From an uncultured Hyphomonadaceae bacterium (GTDB lineage Bacteria; Pseudomonadota; Alphaproteobacteria; Caulobacterales; Hyphomonadaceae), in NCBI GenBank assembly GCA_938011445.1, contig CALLUH010000045.1:1-53839 (forward strand): DNA of 53,839 bases. Reading direction: 5' to 3'. Below the pieces are notes generated by a model. That model ran no database searches. It was given only the letters and a program-made list of their open reading frames with translations, and was not told where the DNA came from. Position 1 is the stretch's first letter; every line of letters begins with the position of its first letter. Positions 37,471 to 47,552 of the stretch are shown here, piece by piece. Both the position numbers and the translations under genes were made by a program.

Positions 37471-38187
37471 CTAGTGGTCTTCAGGAATGTGTTTCTCATA
37501 GTCCGGCACAGGCCGCCAATGCTCCCAGGCGAATTCCTTTGTCTGCCATGGGCGCAAGTCAGCGAGACCATAAACCGCCGTTGAGACGAAGACGACATCA
37601 ACTTGTGATAGAACGCCATGATAGTAGCAGCTATCAATAATATCGATAAGCTGGAAGCCGAGGGCCGTTACAGCGATAAGTCGCTCTTGCAGAGTTTCGA
37701 TCGTGGCTTCGACGATAATGCACGAAATATCATCCCGCGCGCCTGCCGCACTCTCGATGATTGGCACCTCGTATCCGTCAACGTCAATCTTGAGCAGGTA
37801 AGGGGTAGGATCAGAGCGGGCGGCAAGGAAATCATCGAGCCGAACGGTCTGGACATCGGAAACGGAGTCCGAGCCATCGTCAGTGCTTGTCAGGCTGCTA
37901 TGGGTCACACCACCGCCATCGACTGAATAAGTTTGCAGCTGCCCTGACCCGGAATGGCTTGAGACGGCATGAGGGAAGATTTCAAAGGTCATCCCTTCAT
38001 AATTCTCCCGGATCTTCGGGTGAAACTCTTTGACCGGTTCAAACAGAAGGTGAGGCAAGTCCGGAAACATCATACGCAGTTCATAGGTTTGCTCGTGCGC
38101 GCCGACATCAATGATGCACTGGATTGGAACGCCAAAACTCTTGAGTCTTTGCAGCGCGTTCAATTTTGATGGGAAGGGGTTCATCAC
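37471..38187 (-). CDS. FkbM-family methyltransferase
   Basis: IIDVGAHEQTYELRMMFPD (the FkbM-type VDVGAN-like SAM motif) and ...LLKIDVDGYEVPII (the LKIDVEG.E hallmark). Confidence 0.8.
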   Translation of the reverse strand: MMNPFPSKLNALQRLKSFGVPIQCIIDVGAHEQTYELRMMFPDLPHLLFEPVKEFHPKIRENYEGMTFEIFPHAVSSHSGSGQLQTYSVDGGGVTHSSLTSTDDGSDSVSDVQTVRLDDFLAARSDPTPYLLKIDVDGYEVPIIESAAGARDDISCIIVEATIETLQERLIAVTALGFQLIDIIDSCYYHGVLSQVDVVFVSTAVYGLADLRPWQTKEFAWEHWRPVPDYEKHIPEDH

Positions 38188-39155
38188 ATACCTCTTTCGG
38201 GAGTTCGTTGTTTCCAGCCAGCCATGAAATCCTTATAGGCGAGCCGGAGGCCGTCCGCTAACAACATTTTCGGTTGCCAGCCGAGTGCGGCCAATTTTGT
38301 GTTGTCCACGAGCTTGCGTGGTGTGCCGTCTGGATAGGAGGGGTCAAATCGGAGCGTACCCTGATAATCTGTAATCTTGGCAATCGTCTCTGCCAGTTTG
38401 GTAATTGTAATGTCGTGCCCAACGCCGACATTGATGATTTCTGCCGCATCATAGGATCTCAGAACCGTGATGCAGGCATTGGCCATATCATCAACATATA
38501 GAAATTCACGTCGCGGCGTTCCTGTGCCCCAGATGATAACCTCATCGGATCCGTTCTGCTTGGCCTCGTGAAATTTGCGCAAAAGCGCTGCAACGACATG
38601 ACTGTGTTCGGGGTGGTAATTGTCGCCCGGTCCGTAAAGATTAGATGGCATAACCGAAACATAGTGACGGCCATATTGCTGGCGCAGAGCCTGACAGAGT
38701 TTAATCCCGGCAATTTTTGCGATTGCGTACCATTCATTCGTTGTTTCAAGCGGGCCCGTCAGAAGTGCCTCTTCGCGCAGCGGCTGCTCGGCGTCGCGCG
38801 GATAGATGCATGTTGATCCCAAAAAGACCAGACGATCAACATCGCTATTGTGTGCGGCCATTAGGACATTGTTCTGCAGCTCGAGGTTCTGTAGCAGAAA
38901 ATCGACGGGGTAATCAGTGTTCGCTTTGATGCCGCCGACCATAGCCGCACACATCAGAACGGCATCTGGCGCGTGTTGCTTGCAGAAGTCCGCTGTTGCA
39001 GCCTTGTCAAGCAAATCCACCTCTGCACGTGTCGCCGTAATAATTTCGCAGTCTTCCGTCTGAAGTCGGCGAACCATCGCACTGCCGACCATGCCCCGAT
39101 GCCCCGCAACCCATATCTTCTTGCCCGATAGGGGCCAGTCAAAACGTGTTGTCAT
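38184..39155 (-). CDS. fcl: GDP-L-fucose synthase (GDP-4-keto-6-deoxymannose 3,5-epimerase/4-reductase)
   Basis: [53 protein letters not shown]. Confidence 0.93.
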   Translation of the reverse strand: MTTRFDWPLSGKKIWVAGHRGMVGSAMVRRLQTEDCEIITATRAEVDLLDKAATADFCKQHAPDAVLMCAAMVGGIKANTDYPVDFLLQNLELQNNVLMAAHNSDVDRLVFLGSTCIYPRDAEQPLREEALLTGPLETTNEWYAIAKIAGIKLCQALRQQYGRHYVSVMPSNLYGPGDNYHPEHSHVVAALLRKFHEAKQNGSDEVIIWGTGTPRREFLYVDDMANACITVLRSYDAAEIINVGVGHDITITKLAETIAKITDYQGTLRFDPSYPDGTPRKLVDNTKLAALGWQPKMLLADGLRLAYKDFMAGWKQRTPERGM

Positions 39156-40204
39156 ATCGTATTGTCGTTCAGCGCGGCAAGGTCACTCTGCACCATTTCC
39201 GTACAAAGATCCTGCCATGAGACCTTATGCGACCACCCCAGCTTGTTTCGAGCTTTGGACGGGTCGCCAATCAATAGTGCCACTTCCGTCGGACGGAAGT
39301 AGGCCGGGTCAACTTCGACAATTGACTTGCCCGTTTTGGTATCCAGTCCGCGCTCCTGGACGCCTTCACCTTCCCAGCGCAAGGTGATCCCGGCCGTTTT
39401 GAAGGCATGGTCGGCAAAAGCCCGCACTGATGTGGTTTCACCCGTGGCCAGAACATAGTCATCAGACCGCTCCTGCTGAACCATCATCCACATACCGTGA
39501 ACATAATCCTTTGCGTGCCCCCAATCACGCTGTGCCGCAAGATTGCCCAGGTAGAGTTTGTCCTGTTGCCCTTTGGAAATTGCTGCAACCGCACGGGTAA
39601 TCTTGCGCGTTACAAAGGTTTCGCCGCGTATCGGGCTTTCATGATTAAACAGAATGCCATTGGACGCATGAATGCCATAGGCTTCGCGATAATTTACCGT
39701 AATCCAATAGGCATAAAGCTTGGCGGCGGCATATGGACTGCGAGGATAGAAGGGGGTCGTCTCGGACTGAGGGGTTTCCTGGACTTTGCCATAGAGTTCG
39801 GATGTAGAGGCTTGATAGAACCGTGTCTTTTTCTCAAGCCCCAGAATTCTGATCGCTTCAAGCAGTCTCAGTGCCCCGATTGCATCAGAATTGGCCGTAT
39901 ATTCCGGCGTTTCGAAACTGACCTGAACGTGCGATTGTGCGGCGAGGTTGTAGATCTCGTCTGGTTGAACGCTTTGTACAATACGGATCAGGTTTGTTGA
40001 ATCCGTCACGTCTCCATAATGTAGAATAAAACTGGGATGTTCGACATGCGGATCTTCGTAAATGTGTTCTATCCGCAAAGTATTGAACGAAGACGACCGA
40101 CGTTTCACGCCATGGACTTCATACCCCTTTTCCAAAAGGAGATCGGCTAGATATGCGCCGTCCTGCCCTGTAATACCGGTAATCAATGCAACCTTCTTAC
40201 CCAT
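39152..40204 (-). CDS. gmd: GDP-mannose 4,6-dehydratase
   Basis: [69 protein letters not shown]. Confidence 0.96.
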   Translation of the reverse strand: MGKKVALITGITGQDGAYLADLLLEKGYEVHGVKRRSSSFNTLRIEHIYEDPHVEHPSFILHYGDVTDSTNLIRIVQSVQPDEIYNLAAQSHVQVSFETPEYTANSDAIGALRLLEAIRILGLEKKTRFYQASTSELYGKVQETPQSETTPFYPRSPYAAAKLYAYWITVNYREAYGIHASNGILFNHESPIRGETFVTRKITRAVAAISKGQQDKLYLGNLAAQRDWGHAKDYVHGMWMMVQQERSDDYVLATGETTSVRAFADHAFKTAGITLRWEGEGVQERGLDTKTGKSIVEVDPAYFRPTEVALLIGDPSKARNKLGWSHKVSWQDLCTEMVQSDLAALNDNTI

Positions 40205-42581
40205 CTTCTCTGAGCGTCCTGTCTTTCTCGAACTTTAGTCTCGATATGGCCTCCACAAATCGGCGCTCACCCGCATCTGATCCATTACCAACATAGTCAA
40301 TGCAGCCTTGTATCAGCGCTTCGCGCGTCACCTCCAGATATTGGTGCCCATGCGCCTCATCTGGTTCGAGATAGGCACCCTCGGCCCATTTATTCCATGC
40401 ATTTATGAAAAGAAATGGATGCTGACGATCCTTTCGCAAGAGCGTTTCATGCGTCAGAAATCTCAACCACGAGCCATAGGCCTTCGGCGATTCATTTATC
40501 AGAATATGCCCGGCCTCTTTGCGACGGGCGGAATTGTCCCATCTTGGAAAAAGCCCGCGATAGAGTGTGTAGTCCGATGGCGGCCGATTAATGCTGTTAC
40601 GGGCAACACCGATATAGTCTTCCAGATACCCCGTAAAATCTGGCGATAACGTGGTCACGTTTGCAGGATCAATCAGGTGCCGATTGACATGCGGCGGTGA
40701 AAACTCGATTGCAGCATCTGCCCCGTACGGTCTCGGGTCGCCAATACCAAAAGATTGGATGGCCACAATATGCAGTCCGTCAAGGCCATGCTCCCTGGCC
40801 AATTGCCGCCAGACTTTACAAGCGGCAACTGCATCCGGAATGTCGGATATCTTGTAAATTGCCAGAAGCGGTTTGCCATCGACCTTTATATACCGGTCAT
40901 CCTGCAAGATTGGCAGCACATCCATGAAAAACTTCCGGGCATAATCATCCGAATACGGTTGTTCCATTAGAACTTCCGTTGACGACCCATCCCAACGTCG
41001 GCTCCACGGCTCGTTCGCCCAGCAAATACAAAAGTCGAAGTCGGGTCCGGATTCAAGCCATTGATCGAGCGGTGTTTCAAGTAGCCGTCGCCCATCAAAC
41101 CAGTAATAGTAAAAGCAGAATCCCGACACGCCATTTTTACGGGCGAGGGCAGCCTGCTTATGCATGATGTCCGTATTGCGCAGATCGTAAAAACCCAGAT
41201 CAGTCGGCAGTCGTGGCTGGTCTTGACCCTTTAGATTCTGTGGCGCTCTGACGACATTGGCCCATTCCGTAAACCCTTGTCCCCACCATTTGTCATTTTC
41301 AGGAATGGTATGGAATTGCGGCAGATAGAATGCAATCACGTCAACCGGCGGTTTGCCTGCCGGTATTGTATCTGCGCACGCTTTGACAGGCTTATATGTC
41401 GGGGTGATCGGGGTTATGACTGATGCGTAGAATCTTTCAAGTTTCTTTGCTGCGATCTTCCAGGACAGGTTCTTTTGGGCGAATGCCTTGCCAGCCGCCC
41501 CAATCGCCGCTCCCCTATCGGGGGAGCCAAGTAACCGCAGAATAGAATTGGCAATATCGAACGCGTCGCCTTCGCGCAATTTTATCGCATTCTTGCCGTC
41601 CTCCAGGACGCGGCCAATATTTGAATTGGGGAGAATAACGGGTCGCCCGGAAATGAGAAACTCTGTGAGCTTGGAAGGAAACCGGTAATTATTAAACGGA
41701 TTGGCCGCGCCCGGCTGAACAAGTATATCTGCCGAATTAACCAGAACCGGAATCTCCGAGCGTTCCAGAAAGCCCAGATTGACAACGCCTGCTTCTTCAA
41801 GGTCCGTCTCGGAGAAACCCAGATCGGCATAATCCCAGCCCGTTCGCAGAAGCCGCACAGGAACACCCCGCCGGCGCAGAATAGCCGCTGCGATATAAAG
41901 TTCGCGGATCTCGTCAACAATTGAACCGTGCACATTGCCGCAATACAGAAGCATAATCTCATCTGCGACAACGCCATATCTCTCTCGAACAGCAGCGGCA
42001 TCAACGTCCGCCTCGAATGCGGGGTCATAGCCTGGCCAGAACATCATTTTAGGTTGCGAAGGAGCAGCATATTCAAGCAATTTATCGATCAATGCGGTTA
42101 AACCGTCTGCCTGCTGGATAAAATTTTGAGAGATATGCGGGAGTGAGCGAATATCGGCACTGGTCCCGAGCATTCTGGCGACATATTCTGCTGGCATAGA
42201 TCGCAACTCATCATAGTCAAATTTGTTTGCGAGTTCGTCGAGGACAATCTGCTCCTCATTGTCTTCCATGTGCACGATAAGCTTGGCCTTATGCTTCTCG
42301 CGCAGGGCTGTGGCAATTCTGACAATATGTGTGCGAGGCGTCCATGCGTGTATAATATCGGCAACCGCGCCCTTGCTGAACAGGTTCTCCTGTTGCAAAC
42401 TTTCCGCATACTGAAAAATAGCGAATGGAGGTGTTGTCGAATGGAATAGAATACTGTCCGGTGTATCAGGAACAAGAACCACACATTCATGTCCCAGCTC
42501 GCAAAGTTCGCGGGCCACACTGAACACATGCATTGCGCTATTGCCCAGGAAGTTACAATGAGAGATCAGGATAATGTTCAT
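40197..42581 (-). CDS. fusion protein: N-terminal GT4-like glycosyltransferase plus C-terminal WbsX-family domain
   Basis: Residues 1-395 have GT-B-like features ([19 protein letters not shown]...; ...[16 protein letters not shown]). From about residue 412 the sequence [31 protein letters not shown] is the WbsX-family hallmark. The start overlaps the upstream stop (TAATG). Confidence 0.8.
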   Translation of the reverse strand: MNIILISHCNFLGNSAMHVFSVARELCELGHECVVLVPDTPDSILFHSTTPPFAIFQYAESLQQENLFSKGAVADIIHAWTPRTHIVRIATALREKHKAKLIVHMEDNEEQIVLDELANKFDYDELRSMPAEYVARMLGTSADIRSLPHISQNFIQQADGLTALIDKLLEYAAPSQPKMMFWPGYDPAFEADVDAAAVRERYGVVADEIMLLYCGNVHGSIVDEIRELYIAAAILRRRGVPVRLLRTGWDYADLGFSETDLEEAGVVNLGFLERSEIPVLVNSADILVQPGAANPFNNYRFPSKLTEFLISGRPVILPNSNIGRVLEDGKNAIKLREGDAFDIANSILRLLGSPDRGAAIGAAGKAFAQKNLSWKIAAKKLERFYASVITPITPTYKPVKACADTIPAGKPPVDVIAFYLPQFHTIPENDKWWGQGFTEWANVVRAPQNLKGQDQPRLPTDLGFYDLRNTDIMHKQAALARKNGVSGFCFYYYWFDGRRLLETPLDQWLESGPDFDFCICWANEPWSRRWDGSSTEVLMEQPYSDDYARKFFMDVLPILQDDRYIKVDGKPLLAIYKISDIPDAVAACKVWRQLAREHGLDGLHIVAIQSFGIGDPRPYGADAAIEFSPPHVNRHLIDPANVTTLSPDFTGYLEDYIGVARNSINRPPSDYTLYRGLFPRWDNSARRKEAGHILINESPKAYGSWLRFLTHETLLRKDRQHPFLFINAWNKWAEGAYLEPDEAHGHQYLEVTREALIQGCIDYVGNGSDAGERRFVEAISRLKFEKDRTLREDG

Positions 42582-45500
42582 TACGTTTCCACCGATTCGC
42601 AGCCGAACGATGGGTCACCGTCGAAATTTTGATTGAAGAATGGGTCATGAACAACCCCATGGACCGCTGCATTCCTGTCCAGAAGAAATCGATCAACTGA
42701 GCTGGCCTTGAATGATGCAAGCCCGCTCTGGTCCACAACAACCCGCTTTCCTGAAACAGCGACGTTCTGGAAGCCCTTGGCAAAAGCTCTCAAAGAGAGA
42801 TCGCAAAGAGCAAACACAGGATCGCGATAATCAGTGTCGAGACTTCCCAGTGAGATAAAAGTCTCGCGATTAAAGCCGACCGCATGACCATAGACCCCGA
42901 CAACTTCACGATCACACAAAAGCGACCCCGCATGGCCATCGCTCGCCGCGTCGAGCCCTGCCATCGCCGGATAGAGATTCTTACCACCAAGGACCGTGCC
43001 CGCGGCGATGATAGCTTCGCTTGTGGATTGCGCGTTTAATCCGACAAGGCCAATATTCTCTTCTGCCAGATACATATTGAGATAGTCTGCCCAATCGCGT
43101 CCGCTGACCGTAGCCCCTTCGCTCAGATAAATGATCGTCTCCGCTGAGCAGTTTTTCACAGCCCAGTTGAGCGTCTCAACCATTGAAGGGGATGTCCCTC
43201 CCCTGGTGTCTTCTACCAGCTGGACATCATCCTTCCCGCAGGCCTTGGAAACGGTTTCCGCCATTTTTTCGCTGGTTACGAGGATTGTTGTGGGCGGTCG
43301 TTCGATCTTCTGGAAATTTGGCGAGATCTTGACGCGGTGGGCACACGTGGGGTGGGGATGCGCACTCCGTGGTCGGTTCAAGCGTTCGAAATGGGCATTA
43401 ACGGCTTTCGCCTGCAAGGTGCTAATATCACCCTTCGCCGACGCATTCCCCGCAATACTGCCTGGGACTTGCCGCCAGTGATAGGTAATGTCGGCAACAT
43501 GTTCGATAAGCCGGGTTCTTTCTCCGATCCGCAGCATGAACTCGAAGTCTTGCAGCCGGTCAAACTGGCTATCAAACCCGCCCACCTCTTCTGCGAGAGC
43601 TTTGCGTACCGCCAGCAAGTGGCCGACATACATAATGCCCGCCATGAATTTTGGTGACCATGCCGGCTTGAAAAAGGTGCGTACCATTTCACCTTCTGCC
43701 GAGACATAAGCCTGATCCGTGTATACGACATCAGCATCGGTCGCCCCAAAGCGCTCGGCCAATAAAGACAGTGTCGTTGGGGCGAGCACATCATCATGGT
43801 CAAGCATGACCACATATTTCCCCGTCGCCTTTCCAAGCGCATAGTTCGTCGCATTTGAGATGCCGCTATTCTTCGACAATGCATAGGCATTGATGCGCGG
43901 CTCTTTTTTAGCAAATTCCCAGGCGCACATGCGGGGCGCCCTTATGGACGAGCCATCATCTACGATAACAAGTTCCCAATTTTCATAATCCTGTGCGATG
44001 ACGCTTTCGATCATGCGTGAAAAATGACCCTGATCGGAATTATAAGTCGGCACCAAGATCGAAAACTTCGTATCCATGTTCAGGCCCGTGCTTGCCACCG
44101 GCCGGGGCGTGAAAGCACGCATTGGCCTTGGCGCGCCATTTGATTGCGGGTTTGGTGCATCCAATCGGGTATTGGATCGGAATTTGACATATTCGATTAG
44201 AGCATCACAACCCTCTTCAAGAGGGAATGTTTGCGCCACAGCAAAAGCGTCAAACAAGGGATGTGGATGTCTGCGGTCACTGATCGGCAGGCGAAGATAG
44301 CCGGGAAGCCCAGATTCCCGGAGCGCGTCATCCTGAAGAATCATAGCCATATAATCTATGTTTAGAACGGGGTGGGGATTATATTGTTTCTTGATGCCTT
44401 CGCACAGATAATGCGTCAGCGGGCCGTTTCGGTGCTGTAAAGACCCCGGATATAGGCTCTTGTAAAAGCGCACATCGAATAGCGGGTGACACGAATAGCC
44501 AAGCCCGTCTCCAATCGCTACGAAATGGACCCATAACGGAATTTCGGTTTCCCGGTTAAGCAATCCGAACCCGTACCATTCCCCGTCGAAGATAATATGC
44601 GGGGATAGCCCTTCCATATGTCCCTTGTCCAGAAAATGGGTCAGCGGGTTAAGATCAGCTAGGGGCATGTCAAGTTGATCAGAATAATAATCCGGATCGA
44701 AGACCGGATGGGGGCTAAAGCCTTTCCTCCATCCGGTTGAAATATAATCCGAAACCAGATCAAATTCATCACTACTCTGAGCCTTGGACTGGGAAGCATA
44801 CCATAGCGCATCAAAGCAGGGCGAGAACGAACGTTTCTCTTTCCAGCCATATTGGACATAGTGCCGGACGCCCTCGCCGACGGCCTTTGGCACATCCGGT
44901 TGTTGTGCAAGATAGTGCTCTTCGCGGAATATCGGATGCGCAGCGCGGCCTTCCTTCCAGCCATTGGCCAGGAAGTGTTCGATCACATCAACTTCGTGCA
45001 GATCATCGGCTGTCTGGGCGTAATAGTCCGGATCAAACACGGGCGACAAAACGCCTTGTCGGCCGGATCGGAGCCAGTGTCCAACCGGCTCGTATTGGGC
45101 TTGGCGGGGCTGGTTTCTGAGCAGCCATTCGGTGCTGATAACTGGATGTGGCGACAAGCTGGCCTGCCATCCACGCCATAAATAATGTTGCAACGGCGTC
45201 GAGCCATTCAAGCTTTCATCGCCCAGCGATTCTACATAGAAGATCGCGTCGAAATAGTGGCTTGGCGACACTTCAGCCAGATCCGGGTCGGATTGGTAAA
45301 GTGCGAGACCATTGGCAGTTTCCGGTGCCTCGGTTTCTGCGAAAAACAGTTGGGTCGAAAAGAGAGGGTGCGGGTCTGGAGCATCGGCACCGGTATACAT
45401 CAAATAGAACAGAAAGGGCGGCAGCGTGTCCCCTGCGGGCATTTGGCTGCGCACATAATCGGTATCAAATAGCGGGTGGGGGTCAAACCCAAGTATCAGG

Positions 45501-46081
45501 CCTTTGGTTACAAAGTGCACAAAGGGTGCGGTGTCCTCTATGTCACTGGCATAAGCCTCTGCGTAAAAGGGCGCATCAAAGCATGGATGGGGCGACAGGC
45601 CTTCATACTGCCCATAGGCCAGATAGTCGCTCAAGGCATCTGCCTCGATCAATGAACGCTCTAGCTGCGCCAGATACCAGGGTTCGTCGAACAATAGCCC
45701 GATAAGCGGGTCGTTTATATCAAGGCGCTCGGCCTGTTTATTCTGCAAAGAGGATGGAGACCCCTCATTGTGCCCTTTGCCGAACAGAACCCAATGGACA
45801 AGCGGATTGACGCCCCGTTCACGTAAACTCGGATTGAGGTCAAGATACCCAATGGTGCTGAAGTCGGAATTTGGGTCACGCCCTTCTTTCCAGCCCACCT
45901 CCATAAAATGCACGAGCGCGTCGTCAATGCCCCGCATTTCTGGCTTGTCGCGCGTGTAGAATGTTTCATCAAAGTATGGCCTGACGATTTTCAGTATAGA
46001 AGCGTCTAACGTCTCGCCACTCATCGTTTTCGTCACGATTATACTCTCCGCTAAGATCAATTTTAGGAACATAGTTAGCAC
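42581..46081 (-). CDS. 1166-aa protein: 16 x ~37-aa repeats, a GT2 domain and a second GT-A-like C-terminal domain
   Basis: GT2 motif FSILVPTYNSDQGHFSRMIESVIAQDYENWELVIVDDGSS...MLDHDD. The start is ambiguous: GTG 46081, ATG 46072 or ATG 46024. Confidence 0.8.
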   Translation of the reverse strand: MLTMFLKLILAESIIVTKTMSGETLDASILKIVRPYFDETFYTRDKPEMRGIDDALVHFMEVGWKEGRDPNSDFSTIGYLDLNPSLRERGVNPLVHWVLFGKGHNEGSPSSLQNKQAERLDINDPLIGLLFDEPWYLAQLERSLIEADALSDYLAYGQYEGLSPHPCFDAPFYAEAYASDIEDTAPFVHFVTKGLILGFDPHPLFDTDYVRSQMPAGDTLPPFLFYLMYTGADAPDPHPLFSTQLFFAETEAPETANGLALYQSDPDLAEVSPSHYFDAIFYVESLGDESLNGSTPLQHYLWRGWQASLSPHPVISTEWLLRNQPRQAQYEPVGHWLRSGRQGVLSPVFDPDYYAQTADDLHEVDVIEHFLANGWKEGRAAHPIFREEHYLAQQPDVPKAVGEGVRHYVQYGWKEKRSFSPCFDALWYASQSKAQSSDEFDLVSDYISTGWRKGFSPHPVFDPDYYSDQLDMPLADLNPLTHFLDKGHMEGLSPHIIFDGEWYGFGLLNRETEIPLWVHFVAIGDGLGYSCHPLFDVRFYKSLYPGSLQHRNGPLTHYLCEGIKKQYNPHPVLNIDYMAMILQDDALRESGLPGYLRLPISDRRHPHPLFDAFAVAQTFPLEEGCDALIEYVKFRSNTRLDAPNPQSNGAPRPMRAFTPRPVASTGLNMDTKFSILVPTYNSDQGHFSRMIESVIAQDYENWELVIVDDGSSIRAPRMCAWEFAKKEPRINAYALSKNSGISNATNYALGKATGKYVVMLDHDDVLAPTTLSLLAERFGATDADVVYTDQAYVSAEGEMVRTFFKPAWSPKFMAGIMYVGHLLAVRKALAEEVGGFDSQFDRLQDFEFMLRIGERTRLIEHVADITYHWRQVPGSIAGNASAKGDISTLQAKAVNAHFERLNRPRSAHPHPTCAHRVKISPNFQKIERPPTTILVTSEKMAETVSKACGKDDVQLVEDTRGGTSPSMVETLNWAVKNCSAETIIYLSEGATVSGRDWADYLNMYLAEENIGLVGLNAQSTSEAIIAAGTVLGGKNLYPAMAGLDAASDGHAGSLLCDREVVGVYGHAVGFNRETFISLGSLDTDYRDPVFALCDLSLRAFAKGFQNVAVSGKRVVVDQSGLASFKASSVDRFLLDRNAAVHGVVHDPFFNQNFDGDPSFGCESVET
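44162..45979 (-). repeat. protein-level tandem array, 16 units of 34-38 aa (F-[DS]-x-x-aromatic-Y ... P-x-x-H-aromatic-x-x-x-G-x-x-E-G-x-x-P-H-P)
   Basis: The unit-initial aromatic residue falls at residues 37, 74, 131, 168, 205, 241, 277, 315, 349, 385, 423, 461, 498, 535, 573 and 610 of the ORF-track translation. Confidence 0.85.
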
Positions 46082-46221
46082 AGAGAGTCAAACGATATGC
46101 AGGCCCGATAGACCGCCTTTGGTTTGTGATCTCCATACCGTCGGTTTCCCAAATAACCCTGCGCATGAGCCCCTCGGGCGCCTATGCCAAGGGTGAGCGC
46201 AAACGGCTAAACCCGCTAAGG

Positions 46222-47298
46222 TTACAATCGGTCGAATTGACCGTTTGACTTGAGCGCCGCCACCACACCTTTGATATCCTGAACACGATCTCTCGGTATT
46301 ACCAGAACCGAGCCTTCATGGGCCACGACAATCAGATCCTCCAGCCCGACACCGGCCACAAAGACCGACCCGTCCGAGCGCAGATAGCAATTTGTTGATC
46401 CAATATCCAGAACATCCGTATGGGCGGCCCCATCCGCCATTTCTGCTAATGTTGCCCAACTGCCGACATCATTCCACCCGCAGTCTAATGGACCAAAAAC
46501 GGCCGCTTTATCCGTGTGTTCCATGACCGCAAAGTCGATCGAAATCTCGGGCGTTCGTTCGAATGCGTGCTTATCAAGGGATCGGGCGATGCCATTCTCG
46601 CGTCCTAGCCGGAACGCTTCAAGGCTTGCCTCATGAACGCCCACAGCGTGGGTTTTCAGCTCCGACAGCATAAGATCAGGAGAAAACAGGAAGAGGCCCG
46701 CATTCCATGTGTGCCGTCCGGCTGCAAGCCAGCGTTTGGCTGTGTCCAGATCCGGCTTTTCAGTAAAGGCAGTAATGCGCCGCGCGCCAGTATCGAGTGG
46801 GGCTCCGGCTTCAATATAGCCAAATCCGGTATCCGGGCGGGTCGGCCGTATACCGAAGGTTACAATCCATCCCGCCTTTGCTGTCTCGACTGATTGGTTG
46901 ATCGCATGCTGAAACGCTTCTGCGTCGGATATGTGGTGGTCCGATGGGGTCATCAGGACGAGTCCCTCCGGATCCTGCTCCAGAACGCTCGCTGCTGCAA
47001 TCGCAGCAACGGCAGCAGTATTGCGCGCAGACGGCTCCAGAACGATGCGGCCCGGTGTGACATTGATCTCGGCGAGTTGCGCTTCGATAAGCTCCCGATA
47101 CCGTTCCGCGCCGATGATAACGGGATTTGCGAAACGGAAGGCCTCAAACTGACCGGTCAGGCGTAAAACGGTTTGTTGAAACAATGTCAGCTCATTGCCA
47201 ACAAGTTTTTGAAACTGTTTTGGACGATCAAGACGGGACACCGGCCACAGGCGTGTTCCGCTTCCGCCAACCATAAGAACAGGATATATCTTAGTCAT
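46222..47298 (-). CDS. manC: mannose-1-phosphate guanylyltransferase (short form, no C-terminal isomerase/cupin domain)
   Basis: The internal start gives MTKIYPVLMVGGSGTRLWPVSR..PKQF; 358 aa. The ORF-track extension to 47379 was discarded. Confidence 0.88.
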   Translation of the reverse strand: MTKIYPVLMVGGSGTRLWPVSRLDRPKQFQKLVGNELTLFQQTVLRLTGQFEAFRFANPVIIGAERYRELIEAQLAEINVTPGRIVLEPSARNTAAVAAIAAASVLEQDPEGLVLMTPSDHHISDAEAFQHAINQSVETAKAGWIVTFGIRPTRPDTGFGYIEAGAPLDTGARRITAFTEKPDLDTAKRWLAAGRHTWNAGLFLFSPDLMLSELKTHAVGVHEASLEAFRLGRENGIARSLDKHAFERTPEISIDFAVMEHTDKAAVFGPLDCGWNDVGSWATLAEMADGAAHTDVLDIGSTNCYLRSDGSVFVAGVGLEDLIVVAHEGSVLVIPRDRVQDIKGVVAALKSNGQFDRL

Positions 47299-47552
47299 AA
47301 ACGGGCTCCGGCCGGAAAATCGTCGATCTAATTGATTTGGCTCATAAGTTGGTATCATGAACTCGACAAGTTGAACCATTCCCCCTATGCAAAATCTGTA
47401 CTCAGCTTCGATGCTTCACACGATCATCGAAACGAGCGGGTTCCGGCAGATGGGTCGCATGGCATTTCACCGATCGGGTGATCTCCTCAAAGGGCATGTC
47501 AAAACCGGGTCTGGAAGACGTGGAATGAGAGATCAGTAAAAGGAAATCCCGT

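Noticed and set aside
16572-47552. The possibility that the AT-richer glycan locus is a mobile genomic island
   Set aside because: I found no integrase, transposase, tRNA/tmRNA attachment site or flanking direct repeats. It is better described as a recombination-exchanged serotype cassette between conserved flanks. This needs comparative genomes to confirm.
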